Source: a virus (taxonomy: Duplodnaviria; Heunggongvirae; Uroviricota; Caudoviricetes). Taken from it: a DNA stretch of 37,320 bases. Where the stretch lies: positions 1-37,320 of IMG/VR virus record IMGVR_UViG_2534681604_000010; one strand, 5' to 3'. This document shows positions 28,597 through 37,320 of the stretch, piece after piece. The notes beneath the pieces were generated by a model, which searched no databases, had not been told where the DNA came from, and worked only from the letters and a program-made list of their open reading frames with translations. The translations under genes were made by a program, and so were the position numbers. Within the stretch, counting starts at the first letter, position 1; each line of letters opens with the position of its first letter.

Positions 28597-28857
28597 TTAA
28601 TCAAACAGGGGATAATTCGCGTCAACCTCATCACTTCTCTGCTCTACCCTAGTGACTTCCATCAAAAACCCCAGGCCGTCATATAGCGAAACGGGGAATT
28701 CCAGCTCAAGCCAGAAGCAGTCTTCATAGATGCGGCCCAACCAAAAACCTCCGCCACACTCCTTTGGGCGTTGAAAGAAGACCCAGTCGCCAAGGGTTAA
28801 ACGTTCCAGCACCTAGCCCCGATAAATAATCTGGTGATTACTGTCTTTTTTACCCAT
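28597..28857 (-). pseudogene. Small ORF interrupted by an in-frame TAG (ATG 28857 ... TAG 28813..28815 ... resumes 28812)
   Basis: RBS GAGG upstream of ATG 28857; 14 codons, amber stop, then 71 further codons in the same frame. Confidence 0.35.
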
Positions 28858-28930
28858 GGCTAACGCCTCGCTACTCTCGTTGTTCAACCTTGCTGACGTC
28901 AGATTCAAGTTCTTACATCAGGAACGTTCC

Positions 28931-29164
28931 TTAGTGCAGCCAGCTGTCGTCTTCCCAAACCTGTTGCATAATTTCCATCACCCGCTTTTTGTCTTCATCA
29001 AGCTTTAAGCCACTCAGCTCAACGCCGTTTGCCGACCCTTTACGGATGCGGATAGCGGTCTTGGGATAGATGGGTTGCAGGTTGCGGTAAAGCTCGGACT
29101 CCAGAGCGTCCAGGGTAGACTGGCTAATCTTCTGCTCTTTATCGATCATTATTTCAATGCGCAT
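28931..29164 (-). CDS. DinI-family protein
   Basis: MRIEIMIDKEQKISQSTLDALESELYRNLQ...KKRVMEIMQQVWEDDSWLH resembles E. coli DinI (about 80 aa) as recalled; internal Met chosen as the start. Confidence 0.75.
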   Translation of the reverse strand: MRIEIMIDKEQKISQSTLDALESELYRNLQPIYPKTAIRIRKGSANGVELSGLKLDEDKKRVMEIMQQVWEDDSWLH

Positions 29165-29174
29165 AAAAGTCACC

Positions 29175-29363
29175 TCAGCTGATGACATCCATTGAGCGGT
29201 TGTATTCGTGGCTTCTGATTTTTGCCATGAGTTCATCAGTCAATTCAGAAACCCACTGCAGGGCCAGCCCCTTCTCTTCATCACTACACTCACTAGCCGC
29301 TACAAGCTTAAGAAAAAAATCAATGCGCTGGAGCTTCAAAGACTCCAAAAAATAGTCCTGCAT
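29175..29363 (-). CDS. Small acidic protein, first gene of the LexA-box operon
   Basis: 62 aa from the internal Met with strong RBS AGGAGG; sits between the LexA box and the DinI-like gene. Confidence 0.45.
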   Translation of the reverse strand: MQDYFLESLKLQRIDFFLKLVAASECSDEEKGLALQWVSELTDELMAKIRSHEYNRSMDVIS

Positions 29364-29404
29364 CTTTCCTCCTATGACACCGCAAACAATACTGTATAGA
29401 TAAC

Positions 29405-29424
29405 CACTGTTTATATTTACAGTA
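29405..29424. promoter_or_regulatory. LexA operator (SOS box) CACTGTTTATATTTACAGTA with adjacent half-site-like TACTGTATAG
   Basis: Canonical CTGT-N8-ACAG palindrome read from the sequence, upstream of the small-ORF/DinI-like gene pair. Confidence 0.65.
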
Positions 29425-29516
29425 TATGATAATCTTACTGATGTAAAACGTTTTTTTACGTTCATCAGCCTGATATGCCTGGTATTATTAAGAGCACGAA
29501 TTGTTAACCCGCGTAA

Positions 29517-31931
29517 TTAATACAGGTTCCGCCACTTATCATCTTCCTGCAAACGCTGGTTCCGATAGAAGACACGCAGGCCTGCTCCTGACGGAATACT
29601 GCCGCCGCGAAGGAGTAAATCGACCTCTTTCTCGCTGCCATCAAATCCTCTGGACTTCAGTTCATAGACGAGCTGCTGTCGTTGATGGTCTGTAATTCGC
29701 TGTTTGTAGTCTCTACGCCGTTTCGGTTTCACCAGGCGTAACCTTGCAGCCAGTTCCCGGCGCTCTTTTTTGTTCATACTGTGCAGGTAATCGTGCAACT
29801 CCTTGTCATCCATGTGGGTAATGTCCGTTCTGGTATCCCCATCAGCTGATTTGTCTTTCCCTTGTTGGTTCAAATTTTCAGCAAGGGGACAGTTATTGCC
29901 ACGAGTCCAAGGGGCGCAAGCGCCCTGGTCGGCTGCCGCCTCCTGAACGTCAACGGCCTTACGAACCATTTTCCACTTCACTGCATGAGTGCAGATCTTG
30001 CCCTCTGCAATGGGTGACCAGATGCCATAAATACGAATACCGTGATCACCATAGGCGGTCGGCTCTTCGTTGATTTCATAAGCGGTTCTGATCAAGTGAT
30101 ATTTGCGGGGAACCAACACGCCGCCCTGCTTCATAATGTAGGTGGCAAAACAGCCAGCATCAGCAGCAGCCAGAATGGCATCAAGACGCGGATCATCCAG
30201 TACCGGCGCACCTGCTTTTTTGTCACCCTGCTGCCTTGCCGCCTGACCAGCCAGCAATCGCAGTTCACGGTAAGCCTGACGCCCCGGAATGCCAAAGAAG
30301 CGGAATTGCTGAACACGATGCAGAGACGCCCAGGCATTAACGTATTCAGCGTTATCACGCAGGGATTTACCCGTTTCCTTGCTGATCTCGCCAGCCAGAC
30401 CACGCCCGTCAATGTTCTTACTGATGTATTTCGCGATGTAGCTTGTCGGCGTTCCTTTGCGCGGGTTAATCAGCTCAGACTTAAAGCGTGGCCCCGTGTT
30501 ATTGCCCAGTTCCTCGCGGTCTTCACGGATGGCAAACTTACGCAGTAATGCAGTGATGGCGCGGCGGTCTTTTTTACGCATGAAGCACATGAGATGCCAG
30601 TGCACAGTACCGTCATGATGCGGCTCAGCCACCCGCACGCCATACCACCGCAATCCGGCTTTGTGCATCGCCTTACGAAATGCAGCAAACATGCCGACCA
30701 GATAATCACTGCTTTGTCTTACCGTCGCATTTGTCCAGGTCGGGTTTGGTCTGCCGTTATTGAGCGTGGAATGGAAACGTGACGGACAGGTGATGGTGTA
30801 GAAAACGGCGCAGTCACCGCGCATTTCCGCGATAAGCTCCAGACCTTTAACGCAGGCCATCATCTCATTGCGGCGATGTGCCGGGTTGCTGCTGCTGGCG
30901 TTTACCACATCTTCCATATCCAGCGTGTCTCCGTCTTCGTTCACCAGTTCATGAGAACGGAAAAACTCCAGCGACTTGCGGCGCTGCTCACGTTTATGCG
31001 TCACTGCTTCATAGCTGACATAGGGAGATGCTTTTTTGCTGACCAGACAGACAGCACGCAACTGCTCTTCCCGCCATTCGCAACGCATCTTCCACAATTT
31101 TCGATACCACCAGTCGGCGCAAAGCATACGTGCCAGCGAACCCGGTATGAGTTCATAGGGCACAGGTTTGCGGCGGTTTCTTTTCCGACGAAGTTTCTCA
31201 AACGCAGGCGGGATAACATCCAGACGCAGGGTTTCCGCAGCCACCTTTTCCCATGTCTTGCGGATTTCTTCTGGCTTAACGTCATCGGTGGCGTACAAAT
31301 CACCACAAGCGGCCTCAAGACACATGCTCATATGCGCTGCTACCAGGGTGGACAGGCGTTTCACCTGATCCTGGCTCATTTCAGGCAGGATCAGCAGCCC
31401 CTCCAGCCCTTGATGGCTTGCCATAAAACGGAAAGAAACAGATAGCTGACTGTCACGTACACAATCCAGTCGCTCCAGACATGGCTTAATCGTCTCACGC
31501 AAATAGCGGGAATAAGCCTTTGGCCTGCCCAGGCTGCTGAAGTATTCGATACGTTGCATCAGCGGCTTGCTGATATGAGAAGGCTGGGCGCTGACATCTG
31601 CCAGAATGACCATGTCCGGGTTAAAACGCTGCTGCTCATGCGCCAGCTTTGCCCGGCTAATGAGCTTATCCTGCTCCATTTCGCGCTGGACAGGATCACG
31701 GGATTCATTAAAGAAATAACGCTCCCAGACCTGCTCACTCAGTGCCTCGCGGCGCAGTTGTTCCTGCTCGTTATCGGCAGCGTACAGAGTGATCAGGTTT
31801 GAAAGTGCAGACTCCGGCGCAACTTCCGCCGGATCCAGATAAGGGTTAATGGCCTTTTTCGGGCCGTTCCATGAAAATGCTGCGGCAGCCTCGTTAAAGC
31901 CGCTAGAGTTGCTCATATCGTCATGACTCAT
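29517..31931 (-). CDS. A: Replication initiation protein gpA (rolling-circle HUH endonuclease family)
   Basis: 804 aa; contains a GTVHWH motif; P2/186 A position. Confidence 0.85.
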   Translation of the reverse strand: MSHDDMSNSSGFNEAAAAFSWNGPKKAINPYLDPAEVAPESALSNLITLYAADNEQEQLRREALSEQVWERYFFNESRDPVQREMEQDKLISRAKLAHEQQRFNPDMVILADVSAQPSHISKPLMQRIEYFSSLGRPKAYSRYLRETIKPCLERLDCVRDSQLSVSFRFMASHQGLEGLLILPEMSQDQVKRLSTLVAAHMSMCLEAACGDLYATDDVKPEEIRKTWEKVAAETLRLDVIPPAFEKLRRKRNRRKPVPYELIPGSLARMLCADWWYRKLWKMRCEWREEQLRAVCLVSKKASPYVSYEAVTHKREQRRKSLEFFRSHELVNEDGDTLDMEDVVNASSSNPAHRRNEMMACVKGLELIAEMRGDCAVFYTITCPSRFHSTLNNGRPNPTWTNATVRQSSDYLVGMFAAFRKAMHKAGLRWYGVRVAEPHHDGTVHWHLMCFMRKKDRRAITALLRKFAIREDREELGNNTGPRFKSELINPRKGTPTSYIAKYISKNIDGRGLAGEISKETGKSLRDNAEYVNAWASLHRVQQFRFFGIPGRQAYRELRLLAGQAARQQGDKKAGAPVLDDPRLDAILAAADAGCFATYIMKQGGVLVPRKYHLIRTAYEINEEPTAYGDHGIRIYGIWSPIAEGKICTHAVKWKMVRKAVDVQEAAADQGACAPWTRGNNCPLAENLNQQGKDKSADGDTRTDITHMDDKELHDYLHSMNKKERRELAARLRLVKPKRRRDYKQRITDHQRQQLVYELKSRGFDGSEKEVDLLLRGGSIPSGAGLRVFYRNQRLQEDDKWRNLY

Positions 31932-32785
31932 ACACGCACCTCGTACACAGCAGAACTATCCACGCCACGCGAAGGATCAAATCCCATCCAGCAGCGCGAC
32001 CCGGAAACAGCAATGATTTCTGTTGCAGATTTACTCTCGCCAGCTGACACGCCGATGCTGCGTTTTGCCTTGATGTAGTGGTGAGTGAAATTGCGATACA
32101 GCGAACGGATCAGGGATGTGTCACTGTTAGAAACAATGACCGGATGACCTTCTGATGATCGATATTCAAGAACGGATGCCAGGTGATACTGGTCATCTTC
32201 AGTGAAGCCGTCAGTGTGATAACCGGAAAACGTGCCGTCATACGGCGGATCGCAATACACCACATCCCCCGCCTTCAACATCGCCAGCGTTTCATCAAAG
32301 CTGGCGCAGATAAACGTTGCCCGCTGGGCTTTTTCTGCAAATGCGCGAATTTCTTTTTCAGGGAAATACGGATTTTTATAATTACCGTAGGGAATGTTGA
32401 AATGCCCGCTCTTGTTATAGCGACATAACCCACGGTAACCATGACGATTGAGATACAGGAAATATATCGCTTTCATGAAATCAGTAATTTCAGTTGAGTA
32501 ATTAAACTCCTGCCTTATGTTGTAATAAGCTAGGTCACTGTTTGCTTCCTCAAACAAAGTTCTGGTCCGCGATATAAACGCCTCGCAATCAGCGGCAATC
32601 TTTTTATAGAGGTTGATTAAATCAGGATTAATATCCGCAACCAGATAGCTGGGGTAATCCGTCTCCATCATCACAGCACAGGAACCCGCGAAAGGTTCAA
32701 CCAGTCGCGGGCCAGCAGGTAGGTATTTTTTCAGTTCGGACATAATTGCGGTTTTATTTCCCGCCCATTTCAGGATGGTGCTCAT
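31928..32785 (-). CDS. DNA adenine methyltransferase (Dam-like, N6-adenine)
   Basis: FAGSCAV (AdoMet-binding FxGxG) and DPPY catalytic motif; start at [11 protein letters not shown] with RBS GGAGGTG and ATGA overlap with the upstream gene. Confidence 0.8.
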   Translation of the reverse strand: MSTILKWAGNKTAIMSELKKYLPAGPRLVEPFAGSCAVMMETDYPSYLVADINPDLINLYKKIAADCEAFISRTRTLFEEANSDLAYYNIRQEFNYSTEITDFMKAIYFLYLNRHGYRGLCRYNKSGHFNIPYGNYKNPYFPEKEIRAFAEKAQRATFICASFDETLAMLKAGDVVYCDPPYDGTFSGYHTDGFTEDDQYHLASVLEYRSSEGHPVIVSNSDTSLIRSLYRNFTHHYIKAKRSIGVSAGESKSATEIIAVSGSRCWMGFDPSRGVDSSAVYEVRV

Positions 32786-33009
32786 ACAGCACCTCCGTTG
32801 TAATGTTTGCCTTTCAGCTCTGCGATTTCCTGACAGGTAATGCAAAGCTGCACTCCAGGAATGGCACGGCGGCGTGCTGGCGGAATTGGTGCTTCACATT
32901 CAATGCAAAGCACGCGAGACACGCCCGGTGTTTTGGCACGGGCAGCACGGATATGGCGCTGGCGTTCTTCTTCAACGCGCTGCTGTACGAGATCCATTGC
33001 ATCAGCCAT
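32782..33009 (-). CDS. TraR/DksA-family C4 zinc-finger protein
   Basis: 75 aa; CIECEAPIP...CITCQ four-cysteine motif. Confidence 0.65.
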   Translation of the reverse strand: MADAMDLVQQRVEEERQRHIRAARAKTPGVSRVLCIECEAPIPPARRRAIPGVQLCITCQEIAELKGKHYNGGAV

Positions 33010-33248
33010 TAGTGGATCTCCTGCGCTTCGTTCTGGATTGCTTCAGCGGTCACACGCAGCAGTTCTGCTGCTTCGACGTGGTTTAGCTGGCGGGATGTGA
33101 TATGACACGCCAGGCTATCAAGGCGGGCAGCCATTGCCTCAGCCCTTGCCCGACGTTCTTCAAGTCGGGCCTCTGTCAGTAAAAGATTAAGACCTGCATC
33201 ATCCGGTCCGGTTTTAGTCGTGAGGGTTTCAATATTACGCATAATCAA
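33009..33248 (-). CDS. Hypothetical early-region protein
   Basis: 79-aa ORF co-oriented with the early operon. Confidence 0.45.
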   Translation of the reverse strand: MIMRNIETLTTKTGPDDAGLNLLLTEARLEERRARAEAMAARLDSLACHITSRQLNHVEAAELLRVTAEAIQNEAQEIH

Positions 33249-33309
33249 TTCTCCTGAATTTAGATAAAGGGATGCCCGGCGGGTTTACGCCATGAATTTT
33301 ATTTATTGG

Positions 33310-33651
33310 TTAATTCGGCATGGTTAGCCGTCTGGGAAATAAGCTCACCACTGCACGAAAATGATTCATTGCTTTAATCAACTCCCGCTTTTCGTCAGTG
33401 GTCAGCTCATTAATGCTGATGCTATGACGTTCAGCTGGAATTTTTGCCATAAAGAATATGGCAGCCAGTGCTCGTTTATTTTGTTCGTTATTGATATCCC
33501 GTGGATCACGCATATCTTTAATAAACCGCTCAAGCTCTGACTCAATATTCAGGCCAAATACTTTCGCCCTTAACTCCGCAATGTGATTAAGTCCATTCAG
33601 GCGTTCACCGGGGCTTAATGGAACAGTCGCCGCAGCGCCATTAATTGCCAT
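33310..33651 (-). CDS. Hypothetical early-region protein
   Basis: 113-aa ORF with RBS GGGGA upstream. Confidence 0.5.
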   Translation of the reverse strand: MAINGAAATVPLSPGERLNGLNHIAELRAKVFGLNIESELERFIKDMRDPRDINNEQNKRALAAIFFMAKIPAERHSISINELTTDEKRELIKAMNHFRAVVSLFPRRLTMPN

Positions 33652-33673
33652 AATTCATATCCCCAAAACGCAA

Positions 33674-33898
33674 CTATCGTTCTTTGTTCTTACGGTAACG
33701 TTCAAGAGGAGATACATTTTTTCGTATCGTTTCTTTAACCTGCTCTCCCCGTAAAAACGTCCCATCCCTTAGCGTGAAAAAGTAACTGCCATCGCCCGAC
33801 AACGACGGATAACAACAGAGCAAATCATCTTCAGGTACTGAATAACTTTCCCCTCTGTAACGAAACTGATAAACCACTTCACTTTCCGCTGCATACAT
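33674..33898 (-). CDS. Hypothetical small protein
   Basis: 74-aa ORF with protein-like composition; partly overlapped in another frame by ORF 33769..34065. Confidence 0.4.
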   Translation of the reverse strand: MYAAESEVVYQFRYRGESYSVPEDDLLCCYPSLSGDGSYFFTLRDGTFLRGEQVKETIRKNVSPLERYRKNKER

Positions 33899-34065
33899 TT
33901 TGACTTTCTCGGTTTCCTCGTGGTCAATTCAGACAGCAATTCATCTTGTGAATGACATGGATGCCAGCGTTTACCATCCTCACCCATGATCCAGCCGTGA
34001 CCGTAGTGCATTGCCGGGCTTTGTTTTACCAGCAGCGATGCAAATGATGGTTCTTTCGTCAGCAT
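33769..34065 (-). CDS. Hypothetical small protein immediately downstream of cII
   Basis: Start at ATG 34065 with RBS GAGGTG; the C-terminal third is in a frame overlapping the next ORF and looks non-protein-like. Confidence 0.3.
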   Translation of the reverse strand: MLTKEPSFASLLVKQSPAMHYGHGWIMGEDGKRWHPCHSQDELLSELTTRKPRKSKCMQRKVKWFISFVTEGKVIQYLKMICSVVIRRCRAMAVTFSR

Positions 34066-34072
34066 AAGCACC

Positions 34073-34591
34073 TCACAGCAAACCGAATGAAGCACCGAGG
34101 CCAGTTACGGTATCAACTGCACTCGCCATCGCAGGGTTAGCCTGTAAACGGGCCTGCAATGAAACAGCAGCCAGTGCCATCAGTCGTGTTACAGAGTTAA
34201 TGCTGCTGATGGCATCACGACGACCTGCACTGGTTTTTACATCGCCAGATACCGCACCTGCAGCAACACGCCCGATCTCTGCGGTTGCACTCATGACGTA
34301 ATGTGGCAGTTTCTCTTTTGCCACCTCATTAATCGGTACACATGGCAGACAATGAATCTGTGCCAGAAAACCGTCTACCAGCGTTGAATCTTCAGTCAGA
34401 TCGGTAAGCAGCCAGATTTCTGGTGCGGTTAATAAATGAGGTTGAGCTGGGTTCAGCTTGTTCCGCAGAATCTGCACATTCATGCCTGCACGTTCTGCCA
34501 GTTGCACCAGGTTGTGGCGCAGTGCGAATGCACGACAGGCTTCATCAAAATGTGGATGTTTGGAAACTTGGTAATCAAACATGGTTTTCAA
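34073..34591 (-). CDS. cII: CII-like lysogeny establishment activator (phage 186 type)
   Basis: [20 protein letters not shown]...[24 protein letters not shown]... resembles 186 CII as recalled. Confidence 0.8.
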   Translation of the reverse strand: MKTMFDYQVSKHPHFDEACRAFALRHNLVQLAERAGMNVQILRNKLNPAQPHLLTAPEIWLLTDLTEDSTLVDGFLAQIHCLPCVPINEVAKEKLPHYVMSATAEIGRVAAGAVSGDVKTSAGRRDAISSINSVTRLMALAAVSLQARLQANPAMASAVDTVTGLGASFGLL

Positions 34592-34646
34592 CTCCGAACT
34601 TATCGCAAAATCGAACTCAGCGTCTTATTGTGAAAATAGACGTCTA

Positions 34647-34850
34647 TTAAGCAGACAAAGCATCAACAGTCAGAGCAGCCAGGTTAATCATTACCTTTTC
34701 ACGTTTTTTGTCTTTACGAAGACGATGACGAGGTAGTCGGCCATCAGCCAACATGTCGTTAATCGTATCAATAGAAAGGCCAGTCAGTTCGCTATAACGT
34801 TCGATTGTGACATGTGGTGTATTCAGAGTAATTGAAATGTTAGGTGTCAT
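34647..34850 (-). CDS. apl: Apl/Cox-like small DNA-binding protein (excisionase / lytic-promoter regulator)
   Basis: 67 aa; first gene of the lytic operon, divergent from cI, as in 186. Confidence 0.6.
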   Translation of the reverse strand: MTPNISITLNTPHVTIERYSELTGLSIDTINDMLADGRLPRHRLRKDKKREKVMINLAALTVDALSA

Positions 34851-34995
34851 AAGGCAACATTCCTTCTAGATATGGCTTGTGGCGAGCCGTTGTTTGTCGT
34901 GATTAGTAGTGAAGGCTCCAAAAGAACACTTCTGGTTCAACTTTAAGATCGCTTTTGGAATCTGTCAACGAATTTTGGATTTCTTTGGAGGACTT

Positions 34996-35565
34996 GTGGA
35001 TTTCAATAGCGGCGGTAAGAAAGCCATAGAACGTTTAGTTGAAGCATATGGGTTCGGTACCCGTCAGGCTCTCTGTGATCATTTAGGTGTTTCTAAGAGC
35101 ACCATGGCAACGCGCTATATGCGTGATATTTTTCCAGCAGATTGGGTAATCCAGTGCGCCCTTGAAACGGGCACCTCGCTTAATTGGCTAACAACAGGGC
35201 ATGGTTCAAAGCAAGCATCAGCAAATACAAATACTATAGAAGTAGAAAAATATTTATTGTCTGATGGAGCATTGCAGAAAGACGGTTTTTATATTTTTGA
35301 TAAGGGATTTCTACCCTCTACGTTTAAAAAACCTTTTGTCATCACAGATAACAATTCTGAATTTATTTGTGATAAAGAATTTGATGATATACGTGATGGT
35401 AAATGGGTAATAAGTATTGATGGCGAAATAACGATCCGTGACATTACTCGTTTACCCGGTGGAAGAATCTTCGTCGAGGGTGGAAACAGAGCCTTCGAAT
35501 GCAAGATAGAAGACATTGAAATAATTGGTAAAATTATAAGTTTAACAGTCAAGTATGTTAAATAG
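34996..35565 (+). CDS. cI: CI-like immunity repressor (phage 186 type)
   Basis: ...ERLVEAYGFGTRQALCDHLGVSKSTMATRY...CALETGTSLNWLTTGHG... resembles 186 CI as recalled; GTG start at 34996 after GGAGG gives about 190 aa; the ORF track starts at 34909. Confidence 0.75.
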   Translation: MDFNSGGKKAIERLVEAYGFGTRQALCDHLGVSKSTMATRYMRDIFPADWVIQCALETGTSLNWLTTGHGSKQASANTNTIEVEKYLLSDGALQKDGFYIFDKGFLPSTFKKPFVITDNNSEFICDKEFDDIRDGKWVISIDGEITIRDITRLPGGRIFVEGGNRAFECKIEDIEIIGKIISLTVKYVK

Positions 35566-35580
35566 TACCGGGAGGAAACT

Positions 35581-35772
35581 ATGCTTGGTAAGGTATTTTT
35601 TGTGGTTTTGTCATGTTCTTTGTTATTAAACCCACTAACTACCTATGCTAGAAATTATCCCTGCTCAGGGAAAAAGGGAGGTGTTTCTCACTGTACCTCA
35701 GATGGCAAATTCGTTTGCAATGATGGAACTATTAGTAAATCCAAAAAAATCTGTACTAAAAACTCACGATAA
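35581..35772 (+). CDS. Small secreted cysteine-rich protein (signal peptide plus about 40-aa mature part with 4 Cys)
   Basis: RBS GGGAGGA before the ATG; hydrophobic N-terminus [23 protein letters not shown]; sits between cI and int. Confidence 0.5.
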   Translation: MLGKVFFVVLSCSLLLNPLTTYARNYPCSGKKGGVSHCTSDGKFVCNDGTISKSKKICTKNSR

Positions 35773-35960
35773 CTTTTGCTTTTATATCTGCGTCTAAAAT
35801 AAAAATGAGCCGCATGTTAACCGCAAAAGTTACATGCTCACATAGCAAAAAGAATAGCCAACTTCATTATGGCTTCAGTGAGATGTATGGTCGTAGGATT
35901 TCATACATTGACACTGGTTATACATACAGTAAAAATGCTCTCTACTGGAGGGCATTTTTT

Positions 35961-36992
35961 ATGGCAGTACGAAAACTCACCACAGGGAAATGGCTTTGCG
36001 AATGTTACCCCGCCGGAAGAAGTGGGCGTCGTGTGCGTAAACAATTCGCCACCAAAGGCGAAGCTCTGGCTTTTGAGCGTCACACGATGGAAGAAACCGA
36101 ATCAAAGCCCTGGCTGGGCGAATCAGTGGATCGTCGAACCCTGAAAGACGTGGTTGAGCTATGGTTCAAATTACATGGTAAATCTCTGACTGCTGGGCAG
36201 CATGTCTATGACAAATTGCTGCTGATGGTTGACGCTCTAGGCAATCCTCTTGCAACCAATCTCACCTCTAAAATGTTTGCCCACTATCGAGATAAACGCC
36301 TGACAGGTGAGATCTACTTCAGCGAGAAATGGAAGAAAGGAGCCAGCCCGGTCACCATTAACCTGGAGCAAAGCTATCTAAGTAGTGTTTTTAGCGAACT
36401 ATCCCGCCTGGGCGAATGGTCGTATCCAAACCCACTGGAGAACATGCGAAAATTCACCATCGCAGAAAAAGAGATGGCATGGCTTACCCATGAGCAGATT
36501 GTTGAATTGCTGGCTGATTGCAAACGTCAGGACCCAATTCTGGCACTGGTAGTTAAGATATGCTTAAGCACAGGCGCACGTTGGCGTGAAGCCGTAAATC
36601 TTACCCGCTCACAGGTGACCAAATACCGAATTACCTTTGTAAGAACGAAGGGGAAGAAAAACAGAAGCATCCCTATCAGTAAAGAGCTTTACGAAGAGAT
36701 CATGGCGCTTGATGGGTTCAATTTCTTTACAGACTGCTATTTTCAATTTTTATCCGTGATGGAAAAAACGTCTATCGTGCTCCCTCGCGGTCAACTGACA
36801 CACGTTCTGCGCCATACGTTTGCGGCGCACTTCATGATGTCGGGTGGAAATATCCTGGCCTTACAAAAAATTCTCGGGCATCACGATATAAAAATGACTA
36901 TGCGTTACGCACATCTGGCACCGGATCACCTGGAAACTGCATTACGGTTTAATCCGCTGGCAACACTACCAACATCAATAGCAAGTTTTTGA
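35961..36992 (+). CDS. int: Tyrosine integrase (phage integrase family)
   Basis: C-terminal catalytic region ...HVLRHTFAAHFMMSGGNILALQKILGHHDIKMTMRYAHL (R...HxxR...Y); internal Met used as the start (343 aa). Confidence 0.9.
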   Translation: MAVRKLTTGKWLCECYPAGRSGRRVRKQFATKGEALAFERHTMEETESKPWLGESVDRRTLKDVVELWFKLHGKSLTAGQHVYDKLLLMVDALGNPLATNLTSKMFAHYRDKRLTGEIYFSEKWKKGASPVTINLEQSYLSSVFSELSRLGEWSYPNPLENMRKFTIAEKEMAWLTHEQIVELLADCKRQDPILALVVKICLSTGARWREAVNLTRSQVTKYRITFVRTKGKKNRSIPISKELYEEIMALDGFNFFTDCYFQFLSVMEKTSIVLPRGQLTHVLRHTFAAHFMMSGGNILALQKILGHHDIKMTMRYAHLAPDHLETALRFNPLATLPTSIASF

Positions 36993-37050
36993 AAATGCGT
37001 ATTTTGCCCTGTTGAGCTAATATTCTTTTTTTTCACATGGAGCACTATCA

Positions 37051-37320
37051 ATGAATAAGTTTCAGCATCAGGGAGCGGAATTGCGCAACAGAGCCAAAGA
37101 ATTGGCTTTATCCGTACTTAAAACTCACCCAGATGCCCAAAAAAACGGCAACGGCGTTAAGCAAGCTGAGGTATTTCGTCTAAGCGGCCTCGATTGGGGA
37201 GAAAAACGGAAAGCAACAAGTTCGAACCAACAATATTGGGTTGTTGCACTATTGCGTGAACTAGAAGAGGAGGGGTTAGTCGAACAGATTGAAGATAGAG
37301 GCCCCTGGCGTTTAAGGTAA
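37051..37320 (+). CDS. Hypothetical 89-aa protein just outside the integrase-side junction
   Basis: Complete ORF with RBS GGAG; charged, possibly a small helix-turn-helix protein; not recognised. Confidence 0.35.
   Translation: MNKFQHQGAELRNRAKELALSVLKTHPDAQKNGNGVKQAEVFRLSGLDWGEKRKATSSNQQYWVVALLRELEEEGLVEQIEDRGPWRLR

Larger units (their letters stand above)
2353..37011. mobile_element. P2/186-family prophage; core gene set spans 2580..36992, outer boundaries tentative
   Basis: Collinear P2 gene order ogr-D-U-T-E-FII-FI...H-I-J-W-V-S-R-lysis-X-L-M-N-O / P-Q / cos / A ... cII-apl-cI-int. Boundaries placed at an 8-bp direct repeat TTGCCCTG (2353..2360 and 37004..37011), which is weak evidence. 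Confidence 0.85.

Noticed and set aside
35805-35960. N-terminal 52-codon extension of the integrase ORF in the six-frame track
   Set aside because: The extension runs through AT-rich intergenic sequence with no RBS; the internal Met gives the 343-aa length typical of this integrase family.

Overview
Two host genes (ybjM-like 1..390, ybjL-like transporter 659..2344) are followed by an essentially complete P2/186-family prophage of about 34.6 kb (roughly 2.35..37.0 kb). Every call is from reading the sequence and the supplied ORF translations, with protein-family assignments made from memory; no database search was run. Reading left to right: ogr-type late activator, the tail module D-U-T-E/E'-FII-FI (minus strand), a Hin/Gin/Pin-family invertase, an invertible tail-fibre segment (H, two convergent Tfa genes, a silent alternative fibre tip), baseplate I-J-W-V, tail completion S-R, lysis cassette lysC/lysB/lysA-K-Y, X, L, M, N, O, then divergent P and Q, a cos-like site, replication gene A, a 186-type cII-apl-cI switch and the integrase. 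Three AT-rich blocks of unassigned genes sit at accessory positions and are the candidates for an undescribed system: (1) three small genes, two encoding membrane proteins, between the invertase and the invertible segment (10.7..12.4 kb); (2) a membrane-protein pair between portal gene Q and cos (26.6..27.7 kb); (3) a 203-aa membrane-anchored protein plus an amber-interrupted ORF between cos and gene A (27.9..28.9 kb). Also seen directly: the E/E' -1 frameshift site T_TTT_TTG, two 26-bp hix-like crossover sites that keep the fibre reading frame through the codons G-L-G-E, a degenerate third site beside the invertase, and a CTGT-N8-ACAG LexA box upstream of a small-ORF/DinI-like gene pair.
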